Shown: piece after piece, positions 25,496 to 37,761 of the stretch
Position numbering within the stretch: the first letter of the stretch is position 1
Layout: each line of letters opens with the position of its first letter
Assembly: GCA_951406725.2 (NCBI GenBank)
Contig: OX597818.1
Coordinates: forward strand, 128,898,001 to 128,962,000
Length of the DNA: 64,000 bases
DNA from: Octopus vulgaris
Lineage: Eukaryota
Reading direction: 5' to 3'
Program-made: the position numbers and the translations under genes
The notes under the pieces: generated by a model
Seen by the model: only the letters and a program-made list of their open reading frames with translations
What the model was told of the DNA's origin: nothing
Databases searched by the model: none

Positions 25496-26759
25496 ACAAC
25501 AAAGTACCGAAGTTAATTAGTTTGTCAGTCCACTTCAAAATATACTAATAAATCAATAGAATAGAGGGATCTTCCACCATCACAAATTCCATACAATCAT
25601 ACACAGAAGAAAAAATAATGAAATCCAAGAGGAAATTTCAAAAGCTGTAAAAGCTGGAAAGAATGAAAATGAAAACAAACAGGTCAAAAAATTAAAATTT
25701 TTTTTTAAAAATTGGTTTTTTTAAACACAAGAAACTTCAGGAAAAAAACAAACAAAAACAATTAGTAGATAAATAAAAAAAAATGTGAAAAAAAAAGTTT
25801 TTTTTTCTATTTTTGAAATCAGATCCTAAATTGGAATATAATAAATGAAATAATTGCTAATACAATGATTGAGAAGTAAGTTAATAAGGAAAAATAATGA
25901 AGAAGTGACAATTAATCATTTAAGAGTTAACTGAATAAATGAAGACGAATAAGTTGGATTCAGAATGATGGTTGATGACAAAACAATAGAAACAAAGGAA
26001 TTTTTAATTAGCTCTAAATGTGTAATTAGATAAAAGTATGTATAAAATATTAAATAATTGAATATTCACACACACACATGTGCATATATATACTCATTGA
26101 AGAAACAAGAGAGCCTGTATGTAGCTGTTCAACATGCTAGAAGTGGCAACCAATTCTCCCTCAAATCATATCCTATCACATTAAAAATGAAAGGAACACA
26201 TTACATATATAAAGAAAGGGGATATAGACATCATCATCATCATCATTTGATGCCTGTTTTTCATACAGTTGACCAATTAGCGTTCAACTACGACATATGG
26301 CTTGCTCAGATGTTCAACTCTTGCTGATCCACAAAGCTGTGACATATCCCACTCCACCATTTGGCATGGTTTCTACAGCTTGATTCCCTTCTTATCATCA
26401 ACCACTTCATAGAGTGTATTGGGTGCCTTTTTTAGTGATACAAGTACCAGTGAGCTCACCAAGTAACTTTGCAAGACAAAGAAATAAGAAAAAAGCTCCC
26501 TTGACTGAGTGGGAGTGTATTTGAGGTAGGAGGAGAAAGTGGCTTTGTGCCAGGTGTTAAATGCTGGCTCATTATACCATGTGTATAGGACCTTTTAGTG
26601 ATTATGTTAATTATTTCAGAAGTAGCAACTGAGGTACAACATTCCAATTTACAATATCCTGCAACGAACACCACTGAGAAATGTGATTGCTTTCATTTTA
26701 TACTGTAGCAAGGATTCGAACACTAACCACTAGATAGATACTCCATTAGGCACCACAAG

Positions 26760-27276
26760 TGAGCCACCCTGATCTATAAATTGACCAATCAGCGTTCAAC
26801 TACGACATATGGCTTGCTCAGATGTTCAACTCTCGTCAGTTCATATGAGCCACTCTGATCTATAAATTGACCAATCAGTGTTCAACTACGACATATGGCT
26901 TGCTCAGATGTTCAACTCTCGTCACTCCATATGAGCCACTCTGATCTATAAATTGACCAATCAGCGTTCAACTACGACATATGGCTTGCTCAGATGTTCA
27001 ACTCTCGTCACTCCATGTGAGCCACTCTGATCTATAAATTGACCAATCAGCGTTCAACTACGACATATGGCTTGCTCAGATGTTCAACTCTCGTCACTCC
27101 ATATGAGCCACTCTGATCTATAAATTGACCAATCAGCGTTCAACTACGACATATGGCTTGCTCAGATGTTCAACTCTCGTCACTCCATGTGAGCCACTCT
27201 GATCTATAAATTGACCAATCAGCGTTCAACTATGACATATGGCTTGCTCAGATGTTCAACTCTCGTCACCCCATGT
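26760..27276. repeat. Tandem array of six 86-bp units
   Basis: ctgatctataaattgaccaatcagcgttcaactacgac... starts at 26769, 26855, 26941, 27027, 27113 and 27199. Confidence 0.95.
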
Positions 27277-27393
27277 AAACCTATTGGGGCCTAATAAATC
27301 AGGAAGAATGTTGAGGTCAACAGATTTACACACCTCACCTTTAGATGACCTCCAGTACTTGAAACAACAGCTTTGGACTTTTGTACTAACAGA

Positions 27394-27797
27394 CTCTCTT
27401 TTACTCTTTTACTTGTTTCAGTCATTTGACTGCGGCCATGCTGGAGCACCACCTTTAATCGAGCAACTCGACCGCGGGACTTATTCTTTGTAAGCCCAGT
27501 ACTTATTCTATCGGTCTCTTTTGCCGAACCGCTAAGTGACGGGGACATAAACACACCAGCATCGGTTGTCAAGCAATGCTAGGGGGACAAACACAGACAC
27601 ACAAACACACACACGCATATATATATATATATATACGACAGGCTTCTTTCAGTTTCCGTCTACCAAATCCACTCACAAGGCTTTGGTCGGCCCGAGGCTA
27701 TAGTAGAAGACACTTGCCCAAGATGCTATGCAGTGGGACTGAACCTGGAACCATGTGTTTGGTAAGCATGCTACTTACCACACAGCCACTCCTGCAC
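27394..27797 (-). mobile_element. SINE family A
   Basis: Full-length reverse copy. Confidence 0.9.
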
Positions 27798-28022
27798 CTA
27801 TTCTGAACATTCAGGTAATGTCCTAGATTGTAAATAACCTACACCAAATATATTATGTCTAGCAATAAACATTAAAGTTAAAGGTAGTGAGTTTGCTTTA
27901 ATTATTCTACACGCAGTTTTCCTCCAATAAAGAAAGGTCCCGCAACGATATGATCTTTTTGGCAGATGCAACATGCCACTACATTTGGTGACACCTTATC
28001 TTCATCTCAACATTTGATGATA

Positions 28023-28499
28023 TCTTTATATATAAAAGTCAAGTTGTGTGTCTGTCTCCTACGATTTAGATTCCTAACTCCTCCCACATTTTGCAGTGCA
28101 GTGTAACCAAAAGCGGGTATCTTATAGTCGTGATTCATATCGAGCCCTTCTGGGTATTAGCGCGCGTCTACGATGAGTCTACGATTTTTAAAATAATTTA
28201 CCATCATTTTTTTCCATTTTGATGCATTTTTTCGCTATTATATAAGGGAAGTAACTCTCTAAAAATGTCTACGATGAGTCTACGATTTTAAAAATAATTT
28301 ACCATCATTTTTTCCCATTTTAATGCATTTTTTCCTTATTATATAAGGGAAGTAACTCTCAACGATTAAAAAAAAATTTACCATAATTTTTTTTCCATTT
28401 TTAATGCATTTTTTTGCTATTTTTTGGCTATAACTCTCTAAAAATGCTTATATAGTTATTTCCCTTACAAACCCGAGCAACGCCAGGCAATATTGCTAG
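28023..28499 (+). mobile_element. Non-autonomous Helitron
   Basis: A|TC 5' end, subterminal hairpin cccgagcaacgccaggc, CTAG|T 3' end, internal tandem repeats, no TSD. Confidence 0.88.
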
Positions 28500-29203
28500 T
28501 CCAACATGAAAAAATAAGAGACCCGACTCATCAACTTCATGAACATTAACTCATCCTCAACAACAACAACAGCAAATAAGATCAAAGGGGTAGACACTGA
28601 AAGTTAGCATTTAACAAGTCCCACCTCTTTAAGCTATGATGTTGTTATGCTGAGAGCGCCTGTTAGTGAATTAAATACATTTTTTCGTCCATGTGATATT
28701 AGTCAAAAACAACATTTCAATACCGAGGAAAGACTCGTTTTCTTTCAAATGTAGGATTTCATAGCAAATTTAATCTAGAACCTTCTCGAGTTTGCAGTAA
28801 TAAACGATATTTAATCTTTTCATAGCCTTTCCCTTTGCATGATTCGAAATAATTTACATTTAAAAAATGGCAATTTCACCTATCCCATTGGTTTCTTCAG
28901 AAAATAATGACAGCCCAGCTATTCAGGCTGCTTTATCGGTCAAACTAAAGCGTTAAACCCGGTCAAAAAAACAACAAAAAAATTTGTGTAATAGGTGTAA
29001 AACAACTTCCTCTAAACGAATATGAAAAAAAAAAAAAATGCGCGCACGCGAAAGGGGAGTGGGGGGAGACTTCGGAAAATTTACATCGGGAATTTCCGAA
29101 AGCGCCTAAGGGGCTGACCCGGGCACCAAAAAAAAAAGAAAAAAAGTGTAATATGTGTAAAGCAACTTGCGCTAAACGAATATGACCAAAAAAAAAGCGC
29201 AGA

Positions 29204-29607
29204 GGCAATCTTTCGTCTCTAGTAGACCTTTCCGTCGATTTCCGTAAAAAATTTCTTTTTTTTACATATGGGCTTGCGGGAACTTTTGAAGTAATGAGAG
29301 CGAAAGGGACTAAGAGAAAGCGATTGTATAACGAGGGAAGTTCTTTTGAAGTTACCGTCCAGGGGAAGCATTGATGTACATGTGTGTGTGTGTGTGCGTT
29401 TGATGGGGTGTGGGAGACAGACAGTATGTTGTGTAAGTGAAGTGCTTCTGTTAGTGTGTGTGAAAGAAAGAGATAACTGAAATTTTTTTCTCGGTGTATG
29501 TGTATATGTATGTATATTACTTCAGAGGTTCCCGCAAGCCCATATGTAAAAAAAAAAAAAATTTTACGGAAATCGACGGAGAGGTCTACTAGAGACGAAA
29601 GATCGCC
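29204..29607. mobile_element. MITE family M1 with ~90-bp TIRs and 8-bp TSD (Merlin-like)
   Basis: GGC(A/G)ATCTTTCGTCTCTAGTAGACC termini; TSD agcgcaga at 29196-29203 and 29608-29615. Confidence 0.88.
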
Positions 29608-29984
29608 AGCGCAGAAACTAATTTCACCTTTTAGTCAGTGTTTTGCCTCCTGCCTGAAGCAGTCATACCAAAGATATGATAAGAAAGTGTTTTTACTCTA
29701 CATCTTATCAGAGTATGAATGCAGGAATTTTGCAACAAATTTACGTCCAAACAAAAGCGTTTTCACCAACTCCTTTACAAGGAAGTCTTAGGAGATAAGA
29801 AGCCTTCCCAAATGTTGAGAAGAATGAGAGAATTAGCAGAGGATTAGTAGAGAATTAGTAGATCTTGAAAAGTTAATGTCGAGATAAATTTCTCACACCT
29901 ACTGTCAAATATGCAAGCTATTTTAACGCCTATAACAGAGCAGAGCCTTACTACTCAGTTGGTCATCTTGGCAGATGATATGGA

Positions 29985-30357
29985 TGTGGAAGCACTCCGT
30001 CGGTTACGACGACGAGGGTTCCGGTTGATCCGAATCAACGGAACAGCCTGCTCGTGAAATTAACGTGTAAGTGGCTGAGCACTCCACAGACACGTGTACC
30101 CTTAACGCAGTTCTCGGGGATATTCAGCGTGACACAGAGAGTGACAAGGCCGGCCCTTTGAAATACAGGTACAACAGAAACAGGAAGTAAGAGTGAGAGA
30201 AAGTTGTGGTGAAAGAGTACAGCAGGGATCACCATCATCCCCTGCCGGAGCATCGTGGAGCTTTAGGTGTTTTCGCTCAATAAACACTCACAACGCCCGG
30301 TCTGGGAATCGAAACCGCGAGTCCGCTGCCCTAACCACTGGGCCATTGCGCCTCCAC
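29985..30357 (-). mobile_element. SINE family B with TSD
   Basis: Reverse copy; duplication agatgatatggat. Confidence 0.92.
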
Positions 30358-30561
30358 AGATGATATGGATATTTCCTCTTCCAATAGTTCTAACGCAAAG
30401 ACTCACTATTAATGTTAAAGGTCATGAGTTTGCTTTAGTTATTCCACATGCAGCTTTCATCCAACAAAGGTCCAACAACGATACGATCTCTGTGACATAA
30501 AAAAAACAGGCCATGACAATATAAACTATATGTACGGTTTTCTTGTTATATTTAATATATG

Positions 30562-30844
30562 TGTGGAGGCGCAATGGCCTAGTGGTTAGGGCAGCGGACT
30601 CGCGGTTTCGATTCTCAGACCAGGCGTTGTGTGCGAAAACACCTAAAAGCTCCACGAGGCTCCGGCAGGGGGTGGTGATCCCTGCTGTACTCTTTCACCA
30701 CTCTTTCTCCCACTCTTTCTTCTGTTGGCCTGCTCGCTTAGCCAGCGGGGTGGCGTCATTCGAAGGCTAAAACAATGCGAACGCATTGTGACCAGCGATG
30801 TGTAACAACATCTGATGGTCTGGTCGGTCACGTGATCACGTGAT
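30562..30844 (+). mobile_element. SINE with family B head and an alternative 3' tail ending (cacgtgat)2
   Basis: Matches family B to ~30725, then switches to the sequence seen solo at 23040-23140. Confidence 0.85.
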
Positions 30845-32244
30845 TTAATATATGTCACTTCTGGTTTCGATTGCAATTTTTAGGACAATTTACTTTCACT
30901 ATTTTACGACCGTAAACTGTACCTTAACTAATTTTGTCATCCTTTTGCTTAATAAAGAAATTACTTTCATTTGTTTTTCCAATTATCGTTTCTATTGTTG
31001 GCAATCTTTCGGTATTAGTAGACGTTGTTAATCCCTCATGATATAGATAGAAAAAGAGGGTTGATGGCGACGCCTACTATTAGCGAAAGATTACCCTATT
31101 ATTTTCTTTCATTTATTTAATAATTTATCTTATTCGATGATGATCCAATGAAAAATTAGCCATGATTTGTTTGCTTAAACAAAATTTTAATTCATTCTTC
31201 CCCAACCCCCACTTCTGTTTTATATAGAATTTACACAGGTTAATATGGCCGACATAATGGGTTTGCCTATCGTTTATGGAGAGCCTGTTAAATAAAAATT
31301 TTATAAATGTATTAGATAAATAATCAGCTTAACCTGATTAAATCAAGTATATAGAATATTTCAAACATGTAATAATATTTAAGGAAAAGATTGGCTTGAA
31401 AACAAAACAGAAATATCTATAAGGAAACGAGAAATCTAAAAAAAAAAACAACAACAACAAAAAAACTAAATAAAGGGGAAAATTATAAAAAAGTAAAATA
31501 AAGAAATATATAATTTTTTGGCCACTAAAAACTGACACCGAAATTGATATTAATCAATGAGTACATTAACAATAAGAATAATTTACCTTACGCGAACGAT
31601 TTAAAACAGTTAGGGTCATCAGTCAAAATATGACATAGAAGTAAATACTTAGAACCTGTTTGTTCTTCCATTCTTTTCTTTTTCTTCTTTGGTGAGTATA
31701 TTTTTATGTGTGGGTGCATGGATGTGTCTGCGCATGGGTTTATACATATGTATTTATGAATGTACTGTGTACGTATGTGTATTTATCAATGTACTGTGTA
31801 CGATATTGTGTACGTATGTGTATTTATGAAAGCATAAGTGTATATATCAGCGTGTTTATGGAGCGTATATGTGTGAATGTATTTGACCAAGTATTTACTT
31901 TTATGCGTGTGCGAATGTACATATATGCGTATGGGGCAAATGTGTATCTGTAAGCGCGTGTAATGTTTTTTTTCATTGTTCTACGTATGTTTGTATTTAA
32001 GTGTAATGCGTTGTGTGGCGTCTGTGTGCATAAATGTTTTTTTTTTCTTCTTAATTACATTTTTAATACTGACAACAAAACACGAATGGATAAGAGCGGA
32101 GAGGGGTGCATTGGAAAACCATTTACAATGTAAATTAAAGATAGATTTACTTTAAAAAAATCTGATAGTAAATCGATGGAGTAATTTATTTACCTATCAT
32201 TATTGAGTAGCAAATTTGTAATGAGTACTATCCAAAGTATATCT

Positions 32245-32524
32245 GGCGATCTTTCGTCTCTAGTAGACCTTTCCGTCGATTTCCGTAAAAAACATTTTTT
32301 TTTTACATATGGGCTTGCGGGAACTTTTGAAGTAATGAGAGCGAAAGAGACTAAGAGAAAGCGACTGTATGACGAGGGAAGTTCTTTTGAAATTACCGTG
32401 CATGGGAAGCATTGATGTACATGTGTGTGTGTGAACTTCAAAAGTTCCCGCAAGCCCATATGTAAAAAAAATAATGTTTTTTACGGAAATCGACGGAAAG
32501 GTCTACTAGAGACGAAAGATTGCC
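32245..32524. mobile_element. MITE family M1, internally deleted copy with 8-bp TSD
   Basis: Same TIRs as 29204-29607; TSD gtatatct. Confidence 0.9.
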
Positions 32525-32969
32525 GTATATCTTGTAGTATTAGTTTGAATCTGTCTTCTAAATCCTTCAAATCTTGTAAAGGTTGACTTTGCATCTCATT
32601 CTTCTGAGTACCGGTGAAATATTTTAAGTGTCTTCCTTCACTTGTTTCAGTCATTAGACTGCAGCCATGTTGGAGCACCACTTTAGAGAATTCTTTGTCG
32701 AATGAACTGATCCCAGTACTTATTTTTTAAGCCTGATACTTATTCTATCAGGCTATTTTGCTGAACCGCTATGTTACGAGGGCGTTAACACACTAGCACC
32801 AGTTGTCAGGCAGTGGTGGGGAACAAACACAGATAAATTTAACAAAAATAAGAAGATATAATAAAATCGAATGATAGGATAGACCGGAAGACATTACGGA
32901 TGGAATAGGGGGCGGGTTTAATTCGGACCCCACGAGCCCCGCCTCGCCACTGATACCTGAGATACATCC

Positions 32970-33525
32970 TGTATCGCATTCATGAGGTTACATCCACGCG
33001 CAACATCCGTGCTACATTCTTCCATCGATTTCCAAACATTTTCACAGTCAGGCATTTTCTCTCTAGCCCTATTTTCCTTTTAAGGTGAAAGGTGAAGTAA
33101 TTCACCAATCCAGGGCCAGAGATGAAAGTACCTAACTTTAATCCTTTCAGCCTCGTTCTCACCGTGCCTTGTGAGCTTGTCCCGGACAGGTAAGGCTCCT
33201 CGGTATCATTGTCATGCCAGAGACATCTGAGAGTTGTCCAGGGTCTTCGGTCCGAATGTACGTCGGAACAGACTGGCCAGCTGATTATTGTCGAGACCTA
33301 GGGTTTCCCCTAAGGTATCCTCACATTCCACTTCTACAAGCCCTCTATAAAAGAATGCGGTCGAACCCTCACCGTAGGCATTGCCCGAGCGACAGAATAG
33401 CAGGAGAGCCTTGCGACACTCCGTAAACCATGTACCCAATTTCGATCTTCGATAGAATCAGGATTCCCATCCACCGAAACTAGTGAACTTAGGAAACATC
33501 CGTTTCGCCAGCGGAGACCACACAC
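32970..33525 (-). mobile_element. Tx1/L1-clade LINE ORF2 3' fragment, internally deleted
   Basis: FYRGLVE...FRRTFGPKTLDNSQMSLA(WQ)*YRGALPVRDKLTRHG joined to RTRLKG...FHLKRKIGLERKCL..RWKNVARM; the zinc knuckle is missing. Confidence 0.78.
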
Positions 33526-33884
33526 GTTCTATTCTACTTATTTATTTTCGATTGAATGTATTTTGTCTAACTTAATAATTGGAATTTTGAAAACTAAATT
33601 TTTTTTTACAACCGCTGTTTCCGTTTTTGTTTACGTGAAATTATTTTAAAAAATTAAGATTTGGCTTTTATTTCTAGCATGTGGAGAGTCCTTCTAGGCT
33701 TAACTTTATGTGCTAGTTGAAAACCATCTAAAAAAGATTCTGGGTCGATACACCAACTAAAAAGTCTTCAAGGCGGTGCCCCAGCATGGACATAATCTAA
33801 TGAATGAAACAAGTAAAAGGTAAAATAAGCGACAAAGGAAACTGAAAAATATAACCGTGGGGCTTTTGTCCACTTACACACTCT

Positions 33885-34681
33885 GGATCTTTTCCTTTTG
33901 AACGGCACTTTTCAACACAATTTCTAGTTAACTAAACACTTTTAAACTTCGTATACTGGTAGAATGTGTTTATAAAACATCATTTTTTCTTGGCTTTATT
34001 GAGAAAATTCTGTAGTTTGTAAGATATTTCCACTTTAATTTCAAGCATTTCGGCAATTTTAACCAATCGCTGACCTCCATTTAGGTAAACAACATTCCGT
34101 GCTGTATGAATATGTCCCTCGTTTAAGAAACAGATTGGGTTTATTTACATTTCTGAAGAAAAAAAGATACCCTTCCCCCACCCTAACCCTAAAACTAAAA
34201 TAGATTGAAATGCAATAGATCGATACTAGGGTTATAATTATGGGTGACAATTTCATACGACACCGCTACGGAAAATGGGATTTTTTTTCTAGCGGTGTCA
34301 AATGAAAATGTCACCCATAATTATAACTCTAGTATCGATCTATTACATTTCAATCTATTTTAGATTTAGGGTTAGAGTTAGAGGTGGGGGAAGGGTATCT
34401 TTTTTTCTTCACAAATGTAAATAAACCCAATCTGTTTCTTAAACGAGGGACATATTCATACTGCACGGAATGTTTTCACCCCAAATGGAAGTCAGCGATT
34501 GGTTAAAATTGCCGAAATGCTTGAAATTAAAGTGGAAATATGTTACAACATATAGAATTTTCTCAATAAAGCCAAGAAAAAAATGATATTTTATAAACAC
34601 ATTTTACCAGTATACGAAGTTTAAAAGTGTTTAGTTAACTAGAAATTGTGTTGACATGTGCCGTTCAAAAGGAAAATATCC
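33885..34681. mobile_element. Fold-back (palindromic) derivative of MITE family M2
   Basis: Arms 33885-34268 and 34290-34681 are reverse complements, each homologous to the 55947-56363 monomer. Confidence 0.88.
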
Positions 34682-34811
34682 GCTTAGTGGAATTAAAATT
34701 CGGAATACAAAACGACATAACTAAATACTAAAATGCTTTTATTTGCCCAGTGTTTTGCTAATTTTATCATTTACATCCTTATTGAGACCCCACTCGTCCA
34801 TACTGTCACGG

Positions 34812-35195
34812 GGAAGCACCCCGTCGGTTACGACGATGAGGGTTCCGGTTGATCCGAATCAACGGAACAGCCTGCTCGTGAAATTAACGTGTAAGTGGCT
34901 GAGCACTCCACAGACACGTGTACCCTTAACGTAGTTCTCGGGGATATTCAGCGTGACACAGAGAGTGACAAGGCCGGCCCTTTGAAATACAGGTACACCA
35001 GAAACAGGAAGTAAGAGTGAGAGAAAGTTGTGGTGAAAGAGTACAGCAGGGATCACCACCATCCCCTGCCAGAGCCTCGTGGAGCTTTAGGTGTTTTCGC
35101 TCAATAAACACTCACAACGCCCAGTCTAGGAATCGAAACCGCGATCCTATGACCGCGAGTCCGCTGCCCTAACCACTGGGCCATTGCGCCTTCAC
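34812..35195 (-). mobile_element. SINE family B with TSD
   Basis: Reverse copy; duplication atactgtcacg. Confidence 0.92.
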
Positions 35196-35925
35196 CTATA
35201 CTGTCACGAAGGGTATGATGAGCCTAGAATCAGCATCGGTGTCAACATCTTTGATAAATGGCTCACTGTGGAACAAGTGTCTGGACAACTGTTTTTACTT
35301 TCTTCATCCTCATTCATGGAAACTACACACACACACACACACACACAATCAAGGCGGAGAGGTAAAACCAGTTATTTACATTTTGTTTACAAGTGTTGAC
35401 ATGAGAGACTAAAAATTGTAGCTGTGACTTACATTAAAAACAATTCAAATTATCCTATAAACACTGTTTAGTGCATCATTAATTAATTATTAACTAGTTA
35501 AAAAGCGAAACAACCCATCAATAATGTATTTATTTTCCTTTTAAAGTGAGGAAATATACTATTACTACTTTGTCAATACATAGTATAGTAATATCTTATT
35601 AATGTACTTTAATATGTATCACAGACATAGACACAGCAATAAACACATACATAACTTACAAATACATTCACACACAAATTTGTGATCTTCAACGAGTTAC
35701 AGACATACAGATACACTTACACATTGAAGTTCTCTGTCATACACCCTCTCAGACATGCGTACATTGATATACACATACATACACAATCAGGTATCCGCAC
35801 ATATATACATTCACACACATCCACGTAGTTATGTTACACATATGTATAGTCACACACTAACACCTCCACTCGTCAAGCACACATAATAAATACACTTTCA
35901 ACTTAAACACATACCTTTACACTAA

Positions 35926-35969
<44 letters not shown>

Positions 35970-36935
35970 ACACACAATACGCATGCGCGCAAAATGTATA
36001 GATAGTGGCCCTCCTACGCATTCAGAAAGATTATACTTGCATATAGCCTCTTGTGCAAATATCCGTATACAAATATACTTTCATACAAATCCTTGCGCAC
36101 ATACACATTCACACCATTCTACATATACACCCATTCGCCAATATACACGCTACCATTTATCTCAATTCTAAATTTAAACAAACAATCTATTCTGTTAAGA
36201 TGACAGTTTAAGTTGATTTAATTCCCATTGAGTAACTTCGATACTGACTTTGCGTATTCAACAATTATTCATGGAGGTGGTGTGTACAGCATACTGTCTG
36301 GAGGCCCACAACTGGACCTTATGAATTAAGTACCGGTGAAAGACTAGTATCGTCCCCCAAGATTTCAGGCCTTATGCTTTTAGGAAAAAGGATTATTATT
36401 ATTACTAGCACATTTCTGGTTATTAAAGAAGGGTTTTGTTAGAGGAGTGGACCCGAAAGTTGTTGCTCGCAAGCAGCGGCAGTAATTTTCTTCAGCTGAA
36501 TACACGTCATTGATTGGTTAAAATTATTCAAATACGATCACTTTAACACGAAATAACTTATAAAATACAAAATTTTGCCAAAAACGTTAAGAGTAAACCT
36601 AGTTCTATGTGACACATTCTACCAGTATCCAAAGTTTCAAAGTGTTTAGTTAAAAAAAAAAAATTAATTAAAAAATCTGGCCATCAAATTGAAAAGAGCC
36701 GACACTTGCCCAAGGTGCCACGCAGTGGGACTGAACACGGAACCATGTGGTTGGGAAGCAAGCTTCTTATCACACAGCCTTCCTGAAAAGATAATGGTCG
36801 GCTTAGGTCAGTTTGAATGTCCGATTGTGTTTTGCATTATTTGTTCTATCCCCATCACATGGTTGTTTCATGGTTTTAATTTAACGGTTGTTTTCATTAT
36901 CAGTGTAAAGTATTATTTAATTCAATTATTTATTA

Positions 36936-37463
36936 CTAGCAGTATCGCCCGGCGTTGTTCGGGTTTGTAAGGGAAATAACTATATAAGCATTTTTAGAGA
37001 GTTATAGCAAAAAATGCATTAAAAAGGGAATAAAAAATGATGATAATTTTTTTTTAAATCGTTGACTCAGTGTCTTCAAGCCATGAAGTCGTTGTTCTAA
37101 AAGAACGCTGGTCTCCTTGACAACGCATTACGACGTTGATTTCCTTACACTCCCTTCCCCACAGCTTCACGAGGGAGGGAAGAAGGGGGAGAAGCAAACA
37201 GGTGCAGGCGTGAGCGTGGACGCCAACTCCGCCGCCATCGACAAACGAAAAAATGTGCATTAAAATGGAATAAAAAATGATGTTAAATTATTTTTAAAAT
37301 CGTAGACTCATCGTAGACGCGCTAATACTCAGACGGGCTCGATATGAATCACGACTATAAGATACCCGAATTTGGTTAAACTGCACCGCAAAATGTGGGA
37401 GTAGTTAGGAATCTAAATCGAAGGGGACAGACACTCACACAACTACAGTTTTATATATATAGA
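36936..37463 (-). mobile_element. Non-autonomous Helitron with a distinct internal segment
   Basis: Ends homologous to 28023-28499 (TC...hairpin-CTAG on the minus strand); 37070-37250 is absent from the other copies. Confidence 0.85.
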
Positions 37464-37631
37464 TTTTTTTAGAATTTTTTGATTCTTTGTAAGTCACATT
37501 ATTGCTTATATGAGAAGAGTTTTACATTATAACACAGTCTCTCGTCTCGACGAGTAGAATGCATCTACAAAGATGCATTCTAATAGAAAAAAGCGAAACG
37601 GAGATTTAGAAACGAGGTACTTTTTGACAAG

Positions 37632-37724
37632 TCACCTGACGAGACGTTTGCACTCATAGTGCACCACAGCTGTTTGTACATTATCTTATCAGCGATGCAC
37701 GATGAGTCGAAACGATCGTAGTGA
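37632..37724 (+). ncRNA. Type I hammerhead ribozyme motif (Penelope/retrozyme type)
   Basis: tcac-CTGACGA-gac[long hairpin]gtc-GAAA-c-gatc-g-TA-gtga: canonical core, stem I tcac/gtga, palindromic stem III loop; predicted cleavage after A37720. Confidence 0.7.
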
Positions 37725-37761
37725 ATAACAAAGAATCGGGGATTCCATTTAATTACTCTCA

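Larger units (their letters stand above)
27830..30500 (+). mobile_element. Fragmented Ty3/Gypsy LTR retrotransposon 5' part (LTR end, PBS, gag remnant) with nested insertions
   Basis: AATAAA..cactaca|tt-TGGTGACACC (27977-27995). Gag-like AIQAALSVKL (~28920-28950) and RFHQLLYKEVLGDKKPSQMLRRMREL..NMQAILT..LVILADDM (29755-29985). Confidence 0.7.

Noticed and set aside
26760-27276. CRISPR-like array
   Set aside because: Units are nearly identical along their whole length with no unique spacers, no cas genes and a eukaryotic context.
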